A DNA stretch of 44,856 nt from an uncultured Eubacteriales bacterium. Lineage in GTDB: Bacteria; Bacillota; Clostridia; Caldicoprobacterales; DTU083. The translations under genes were made by a program, and so were the position numbers. The notes under the pieces were generated by a model. The model was not told the DNA's origin and searched no databases. It saw only the letters and a program-made list of their open reading frames with translations. Of this stretch, positions 39,045 through 44,856 are shown piece after piece. The stretch is from positions 1 to 44,856 of the forward strand of contig CAYFSR010000004.1 of assembly GCA_964345785.1 (NCBI GenBank), given 5' to 3'. Every line of letters begins with the position of its first letter. The stretch's first letter is position 1.

Positions 39045-40135
39045 TGTCCCTGTCCTGGTTCATATTTATAATTGTAGTTATTATTATATTACAGTCTCAA
39101 ATATACAGGAAGTGGGGTCTTTCTGGCCTTAGCTATACTCGCTCCTTTAATATGCCGGCTGTTTTTGAAGGTGAAGAGGTGGAAATGGTAGAGCGGATAC
39201 AGAATCGAAAGCTGCTGCCTATTCCGTGGCTCCGTATAGAGGCTAAGATGAGTCCTTATTTAAAGTTTACCCAACAGTCCGATATGACTATTAAGCATGA
39301 TGAATTTCATAAGAGTTTTTTCAGCTTAATGCCATTTACGGGTATTACTCGAAGACATAAGATTTATTGTTTAAAGCGAGGCTTTTATCAGTTGTCTACA
39401 GCTGCTATGACCTGTGGTGACGCCTTTGGAGCCCAGGAATTGTATCGGGATTTTCATGTAGATTCCGACATTTTGGTCTATCCTAAGCTTTTACCTCTTG
39501 AGGACATCCCCTTTCCATCCCATAGCTGGATGGGAGAGGTCACCGTCCGTAGATGGATATTAGAAGACCCTTTCTTAATTTCTGGGGTACGGGAATACAA
39601 ATACGGCGATCCTTTAAATCGGATTAACTGGAAAGCATCCGCCCGAACAGGGGAGTTTCAAGTATTTCAATTGGACCATACTGCCGATCCTAAAATATTG
39701 ATACTTCTTAACATTGACTTAAGTGATTCTATGTGGGGTGCTGTTACTGATTTGGATCTCATAGAACGAGGAATTTGCTACAGCGCCACTATTGCACAAA
39801 ATGCAATCGAAAATGGAATTCCTGTTGGTTTTGGAAGCAATGCCTATGAAATAGATAAGAAAGAACAAGCTATTTATGTTGAACCACGACCAGGGCAAGA
39901 GCAGCTGAACTATATATTTGAAGTACTGGCCAAAATGGTAGTAGCCAGAAGCTGTACATTCTTTACATATTTAGAAGATGTACTGGAACATGATAGCAGC
40001 CCGATGGATATTCTCCTATTAACGCCCTATGTAGGGGATCGTATGGAGCAGCAAATCCAAAGGCTTCGTGGGAAAGGTCATTCTGTAGACCTTATCATAC
40101 TGGAGCCTGAGTCCCAAAGTGAGGTGGCTGTATGA
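39044..40135 (+). CDS. DUF58 domain protein (vWA-like partner of MoxR)
   Basis: 363 aa with an N-terminal TM helix and the DUF58 signature VREYKYGDPLNRINWKASARTG. Its start overlaps the moxR stop (TAATG). Confidence 0.88.
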   Translation: MSLSWFIFIIVVIIILQSQIYRKWGLSGLSYTRSFNMPAVFEGEEVEMVERIQNRKLLPIPWLRIEAKMSPYLKFTQQSDMTIKHDEFHKSFFSLMPFTGITRRHKIYCLKRGFYQLSTAAMTCGDAFGAQELYRDFHVDSDILVYPKLLPLEDIPFPSHSWMGEVTVRRWILEDPFLISGVREYKYGDPLNRINWKASARTGEFQVFQLDHTADPKILILLNIDLSDSMWGAVTDLDLIERGICYSATIAQNAIENGIPVGFGSNAYEIDKKEQAIYVEPRPGQEQLNYIFEVLAKMVVARSCTFFTYLEDVLEHDSSPMDILLLTPYVGDRMEQQIQRLRGKGHSVDLIILEPESQSEVAV

Positions 40136-41490
40136 AGAATAAGCTTCATGTATTTCTTACTCCCATATTAGCCCTTTGGATGGATACATCTATATTATTT
40201 CCAATCGCTCTTTCATTATATTTATATGCTTTTACATCCTTGCCATTTGTTTTCTTTGGCGGGTTATTAGCAGCTGCTTACCTTATTGGAACAGTTGTAA
40301 GAAAGTTGCTCATCCAGCGTAATAGGATCGTTTCTTTACTCTTAGCACTATTTATAAGCGTAGCTTTTGCCATTCTATCAATGCTTCTCTTCACTGAACT
40401 TAATACTTTATCTGCAGTATTATACGGTTTACTTATAACTGTGTCAGGAGGCAGAGGAGTTTTTGCAGCTGAGCGGCCTCTTATTAGCTCTTTTCCCAAG
40501 CTTTATTGCTATTCATCCTTAGTGCTTTATTTTATATTCTATTATATGTATGGAAAAATTGTAGCTGCTCAAAGCTTCCAGCATTATCTCCTTATAGCAG
40601 GTTTAATCACAATACCTACTATTTTTCTCTTAACCAATTCCGAATTGATTAATGAAGCATCTCGAGAAGAATTGAAGGATTCTACCTCCATGCCTATGGT
40701 ACGTAAGAACAACAGAATCCTTATAACTATAACCATTGTGATTGGCTTAATAATTGCTGGCTTTGACAAAATAAAAGATGGCTTTTTATACGTCCTAAAG
40801 GTAATTGCCCGTTTTATTATGTATGTACTTCAAAAATTGATGGAATTAAGGCAATCCACTGGTGGAGGACAGGGAGGCCCATCCGGAGATGGTGCTCTTG
40901 AGCTGCCGCCGGCAGAAGCAAGGCCCTCATCACCTTTCTGGGATGCAGTGGTGCAGATTATAGGAACCATATTTCTGATAGCCCTACTCTTGTTCGCTAT
41001 TTACTTTTTCACTAAGCAATTAATTAAGCTATGGCGTTTTATTATCGCACAAATTAAGAAGCTAATGGAAAGTGGTCGTTGGTCAGGTGGACCATCAGAT
41101 GGATATGATGATGAAAAGGAAAGCCTTCTGGATTGGAAGAGCATTAGACAAAATTATGCTGACTCTCTTCGTAACTGGTGGGAAGGAATTCGAAGCTCGG
41201 AGCCCAAGTGGAGCCAATTAACAGATAACCGACAAAGGGTAAGATTTCTATACAGACAGTTGATTTTGCAGGCCATTGACTCTGGTTTCCGTTTCAGCAG
41301 TTACCGTACGCCAAAGGAAACCATACATGAGCTGGTTGATCTAGATAAGTTGAATCAAGATACAGCAGCACTAATGGAAAATCTATATGGAGAGGCCAGG
41401 TACGGGGAAGATCCCATTAAGGACGCACAGGTAGATAAACTTAGAAACGATATCTTAAATAAAAAGGAAATTAGTAGGGAAAGCCAATGA
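40132..41490 (+). CDS. Polytopic membrane protein with a C-terminal DUF4129-like domain
   Basis: 452 aa with about 7 TM helices and a Gly/Pro-rich linker (STGGGQGGPSGDG). The C-terminal region YRTPKETIHELV...ENLYGEARYG resembles DUF4129. I saw no transglutaminase Cys-His-Asp core. ATGA overlap with the upstream gene. Confidence 0.65.
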   Translation: MKNKLHVFLTPILALWMDTSILFPIALSLYLYAFTSLPFVFFGGLLAAAYLIGTVVRKLLIQRNRIVSLLLALFISVAFAILSMLLFTELNTLSAVLYGLLITVSGGRGVFAAERPLISSFPKLYCYSSLVLYFIFYYMYGKIVAAQSFQHYLLIAGLITIPTIFLLTNSELINEASREELKDSTSMPMVRKNNRILITITIVIGLIIAGFDKIKDGFLYVLKVIARFIMYVLQKLMELRQSTGGGQGGPSGDGALELPPAEARPSSPFWDAVVQIIGTIFLIALLLFAIYFFTKQLIKLWRFIIAQIKKLMESGRWSGGPSDGYDDEKESLLDWKSIRQNYADSLRNWWEGIRSSEPKWSQLTDNRQRVRFLYRQLILQAIDSGFRFSSYRTPKETIHELVDLDKLNQDTAALMENLYGEARYGEDPIKDAQVDKLRNDILNKKEISRESQ

Positions 41491-41975
41491 GGTATGCCAT
41501 AAAACAGAAAGTTTTTTCTTTTGGTGACAAATTTACCATCCGTGATGAAAATGGATATGACTGTTATCAGGTTAAGGGAAAGGTGTTTTCTTTCGGAGAC
41601 AAGCTTCGTATTTATGATATGAATGGCAATGAGCTAATCTATATTGAGCAGAAGCTACTTCGCTTTCTACCGGAGTACAGTATCTACTATATGGGCCAGC
41701 TTTATGCTACTGTAAAAAAGGAATTTACCTTATTGCGCCCGAGATTTCAGATATTTGGAGTTCATGCTGATTATCGTGCTGAAGGTAATGTTTGGGCTAT
41801 GGACTTTTCTGTTCTTCGAAATGGGCTGCCAGTGGCTCAGGTTTCCAAACGCTGGTTTTCATGGTCTGATACCTATGGGGTAGACGTTTCAGATGAGGAG
41901 GATCCGGTATTCATGCTCGCTCTGGTTATTGTCATAGACCAAGTACTCCATGACAACAACCATAACAACAGCTGA
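41487..41975 (+). CDS. LURP-one-related / YxjI family protein (Tubby C-terminal-like fold)
   Basis: 162 aa. The duplicated pattern KVFSFGDKFTIRDENG / KVFSFGDKLRIYDMNG and the overall layout match the DUF567/LURP1 family. ATGA overlap with the upstream gene. Confidence 0.75.
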   Translation: MRYAIKQKVFSFGDKFTIRDENGYDCYQVKGKVFSFGDKLRIYDMNGNELIYIEQKLLRFLPEYSIYYMGQLYATVKKEFTLLRPRFQIFGVHADYRAEGNVWAMDFSVLRNGLPVAQVSKRWFSWSDTYGVDVSDEEDPVFMLALVIVIDQVLHDNNHNNS

Positions 41976-41996
41976 TAGATCTCTTAAAGGAACCAT

Positions 41997-42872
41997 TTAC
42001 ACTGCATTATCTTGGTAAGGCTCCAGATGGGCGGTAATTTGCGCATTCTCATCTATATCCTGCCGAATTTGATCCTCAATTTTATGAATTAGTTGATGGG
42101 ATTCCTCTACACTTAAATCCGGTTTGGTCATAATGTGCATATCAATAAAAAGGGCACTCTTGCTTCCTCGGCTTCGTATGGAATGGGTGTCCTTTACTTC
42201 ATCGAAGCTCATGGTGATTTTCTTGATCCTTTCTTCTTGAATAACAGCCTTATCTACCAAAATATCTCGATTCATTACAAAAATTTCATAGGCGGCATGG
42301 AAAATAAACCCGGCGACTACCAGGGAGACCAGGGGATCAAGCATCGGAGGGAGCCCCAGCATAATCCCCGTCAAGGTAACTAAAACTCCCAGAGAGATAA
42401 AGACATCACTTCGTGTATGAAGTGAGTCAGATATAAGAATCTGGCTGTTTAGCTCCACACCTTTCTTATATTCCAGTCTACTTACAAAAATATTAATCAC
42501 TAAAGTAACTACCAGAGCAATTAGGCTTTCTATGGTTACTTTAGGGGCCACCGGGTTGATAAATTTTTGCACCGATTCAATTATAACGTTAAATCCGAGC
42601 AAAAAGAGGACGCCAGAAATCAGCAGGCCCGCCAGAGTCTCGAATTTCCTGTGACCATAGGGATGATCGTCATCCACTGGACGTGAAGCCAACTGGATTC
42701 CAATCAGGCCTACTATATTAGAAGCACCGTCAGTAAGGGAGTGATATCCATCAGCAGTCAAGCTGCTACTGTGGATAAAGAGGGCCCCTACAACAATTTT
42801 AACGGCAGCAACGGCTAGATTGAGAAATAAAATGATCCATAGAATACGTTTTACTTGAGAAAAGACTTTCAT
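41997..42872 (-). CDS. Cation diffusion facilitator family transporter
   Basis: 291 aa with six TM helices, the HSLTDGASN and DDDHPYGHRKFE motifs, and a C-terminal cytoplasmic domain. Confidence 0.88.
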   Translation of the reverse strand: MKVFSQVKRILWIILFLNLAVAAVKIVVGALFIHSSSLTADGYHSLTDGASNIVGLIGIQLASRPVDDDHPYGHRKFETLAGLLISGVLFLLGFNVIIESVQKFINPVAPKVTIESLIALVVTLVINIFVSRLEYKKGVELNSQILISDSLHTRSDVFISLGVLVTLTGIMLGLPPMLDPLVSLVVAGFIFHAAYEIFVMNRDILVDKAVIQEERIKKITMSFDEVKDTHSIRSRGSKSALFIDMHIMTKPDLSVEESHQLIHKIEDQIRQDIDENAQITAHLEPYQDNAV

Positions 42873-43026
42873 ACCTACTTCTCCTTATCAATTAATAATA
42901 GATTAGATTATATAATACTCCTTATGAATAAGAAAATCAACGTATTTATAAGCAAAGTATGTACCTATTTTATTATTACTATAGATTAAAACCATTCTCA
43001 ATTGATAATTCGTTTTAATTATCTGA

Positions 43027-43054
43027 TTGCAATTCAAGCAATGTTTGGTATAAT
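43027..43054 (+). promoter_or_regulatory. Sigma-A promoter of glnA with an extended -10
   Basis: TTGCAA (43027-43032), a 16-nt spacer ending in TGG, then TATAAT (43049-43054). Confidence 0.6.
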
Positions 43055-43099
43055 TAGAATGATTCACCTAACTCAATTTGATAGCTGGGAGCGTGTAAT

Positions 43100-44431
43100 A
43101 TGGCAAAGTATACAAAACAGGATATTCTAAGGATATGTGAAGAGCAACAGGTTCAATTTGTTCGTTTACAATTTACTGATATCTTCGGTACTTTAAAAAA
43201 TGTAGCAATTACAGTCAAGCAATTGGGCAGAGCTCTAGACAACGAAATCATGTTTGATGGCTCGTCCATCGAAGGCTTTGTACGTATAGAGGAATCCGAT
43301 ATGATTCTTTATCCCGACCCCAGTTCCTTTGTTATATATCCCTGGACGAAAGAGGAAGGACATGTAGCCAGGTTAATATGCGATGTTTACAATTCCGATG
43401 GCACTCCATTTGCGGGTTGTCCCCGAAACACATTAAAACGGGTATTAAAGGAAGCTGAGGAAATGGGCTATACCATGCAGGTCGGTCCTGAAGCCGAGTT
43501 TTTCTTGTTCCATACTGATTCTGAGGGCAAGTCCACCATGACTACCCACGACCAGGCCGGTTATTTTGATCTTGGCCCTGTTGATAGAGGTGAAGGTGCC
43601 CGAAGAGAGATGTGCCTGGTTTTAGAGGAAATGGGCTTTGAAATTGAAGCCTCGCATCATGAAACAGCCCCGGGGCAGCATGAAATTGATTTTAAATACA
43701 ACGATGCTTTAACCACTGCCGACAATGTTATGACCTTTAAAATGGTAGTTCGGTATATCGCCAAACAACATGGCCTTCATGCCACGTTTATGCCCAAACC
43801 TATTTATGAGGTGGCAGGTTCCGGTATGCATCTAAACCAATCTTTGTTTAAAAACGGTGAAAATGTTTTTTATGAACCCGATGGTGAGCTTCAGCTCAGC
43901 CGGGAAGCCTATAATTATATGGGCGGCTTATTAATGCATGCACCCGCCATCACTGCTATTACCAATCCTCTTGTTAACTCCTATAAGCGACTGGTAGCAG
44001 GTTATGAAGCCCCGGTATATATAGCCTGGTCTGCACAAAACCGCAGTCCATTAATCCGTATTCCATCTAAAAGAGGCAGTGCAACCAGGATAGAGCTTAG
44101 AAGTCCTGATCCCTCATGTAACCCATACCTGGCATTAGCGGTAACCTTGAAAGCAGGTTTGGAAGGTATTCGCAATCAGATTGCACCTCCACCGCCAGTT
44201 AATCGGAATATCTATGAAATGACTGCCGAAGAAAGAGATAATCATTGCATCAGATGCCTGCCTAATAATCTTCACAGTGCACTTGAGGCCTTGAGCAAAG
44301 ACTCAGTAATTCAAGAAACCTTGTCGGAACACACATATAATAGATTCCGCGAAGCCAAGCTAATTGAATGGAATGATTATAAAATGCAGGTTCATCAATG
44401 GGAATTAGATCAATATTTGAATAAGTTCTAG
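43100..44431 (+). CDS. glnA: Type I glutamine synthetase
   Basis: 443 aa. It has a Firmicute GSI-alpha-like N-terminus ([11 protein letters not shown]), the ATP-binding region [12 protein letters not shown] and NPYLA. Confidence 0.95.
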   Translation: MAKYTKQDILRICEEQQVQFVRLQFTDIFGTLKNVAITVKQLGRALDNEIMFDGSSIEGFVRIEESDMILYPDPSSFVIYPWTKEEGHVARLICDVYNSDGTPFAGCPRNTLKRVLKEAEEMGYTMQVGPEAEFFLFHTDSEGKSTMTTHDQAGYFDLGPVDRGEGARREMCLVLEEMGFEIEASHHETAPGQHEIDFKYNDALTTADNVMTFKMVVRYIAKQHGLHATFMPKPIYEVAGSGMHLNQSLFKNGENVFYEPDGELQLSREAYNYMGGLLMHAPAITAITNPLVNSYKRLVAGYEAPVYIAWSAQNRSPLIRIPSKRGSATRIELRSPDPSCNPYLALAVTLKAGLEGIRNQIAPPPPVNRNIYEMTAEERDNHCIRCLPNNLHSALEALSKDSVIQETLSEHTYNRFREAKLIEWNDYKMQVHQWELDQYLNKF

Positions 44432-44449
44432 TGATAGGAGTTGGAGCTG

Positions 44450-44856
44450 ATGAGGCCGATAATTGGAATTACCTGCGATTATGATTGGGAAGCACGCAAT
44501 TTTCTATTACCATCAGGTTATGTGGAAGGTGTTTGCCAGGCAGGCGGATTCCCCCTGCTAATACCCCCTACATCTGCTAACGCTACAGAGAAGGGTATTT
44601 CAGTTATTATTTCTCAGATACAAGGTCTATTGTTGACAGGGGGTCAAGATGTACATCCCCGATACTTTGGAGAAGAGCCTCATGCAGCCATTGGGAGAGT
44701 TAATCCTCCCAGGGATGATTTGGAATTGCCAATATGTCAGGCAGCTGTAGAAGTAAATATGCCGGTGTTGGGTATTTGCAGGGGAGCACAGCTGATGAAC
44801 ATTGCTCTTGGTGGAGATGTTTATCAAGACTTGAGTACTCAGTATAAAGATGGGGA
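44450..44856 (+). CDS. Class I glutamine amidotransferase / gamma-glutamyl hydrolase (peptidase C26, PuuD-like); partial, runs off the window
   Basis: The ORF was read by hand: MRPIIGITCDYD...LLLTGGQDVHPRYFGEEP...MPVLGICRGAQLMNIALGG, which includes the nucleophile elbow GICRG. AGGAG RBS lies 9 nt upstream. The track only shows a spurious antisense ORF here. Confidence 0.8.
   Translation, partial: MRPIIGITCDYDWEARNFLLPSGYVEGVCQAGGFPLLIPPTSANATEKGISVIISQIQGLLLTGGQDVHPRYFGEEPHAAIGRVNPPRDDLELPICQAAVEVNMPVLGICRGAQLMNIALGGDVYQDLSTQYKDG

Overview
This window is the chromosomal replication-origin region of a low-GC Firmicute, probably a spore-forming member of the Clostridia. The gene order is the classic core arrangement: gltX, apgM-like, argS, murG, a short variable stretch (serpin remnant, fRMsr-type GAF protein, tpx, a GH2 glycosidase), ilvE, gyrA-gyrB-remB-recF-yaaA-dnaN-dnaA on the minus strand, a bipartite oriC flanking dnaA, then rpmH-rnpA-yidD-yidC-jag-mnmE-mnmG-rsmG-noc-soj-spo0J on the plus strand. 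Next come spo0J-neighbourhood genes (cvpA-like, yyaC, ykuS, DUF4446, a DagK-family lipid kinase), an orphan membrane-GAF protein, a translationally coupled MoxR / DUF58 / DUF4129 / LURP-one module, a CDF transporter, glnA and a partial class-I glutamine amidotransferase. I found no rRNA or tRNA genes, CRISPR arrays, transposases, prophage genes or recognisable defence islands. I do not see a convincing previously undescribed multi-gene system; this is mostly ordinary core genome. The observations most worth a second look are: (1) an ectopic, very dense DnaA-box cluster 14 kb from dnaA that contains the only perfect TTATCCACA boxes I could find; (2) a roughly 190-bp long-hairpin repeat with 16-bp terminal inverted repeats, with a second truncated copy at the window edge and possibly degenerate relatives; (3) noc split by a 1-nt frameshift in an A7-C-A8 tract; (4) two tandem perfect parS sites just after spo0J; (5) a small gene interrupted by an in-frame TGA; (6) a truncated serpin lipoprotein gene; (7) the four-gene MoxR module ending in a Tubby/LURP-one-like protein. 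All product calls rest on motif recognition in the supplied translations. No database search was run.
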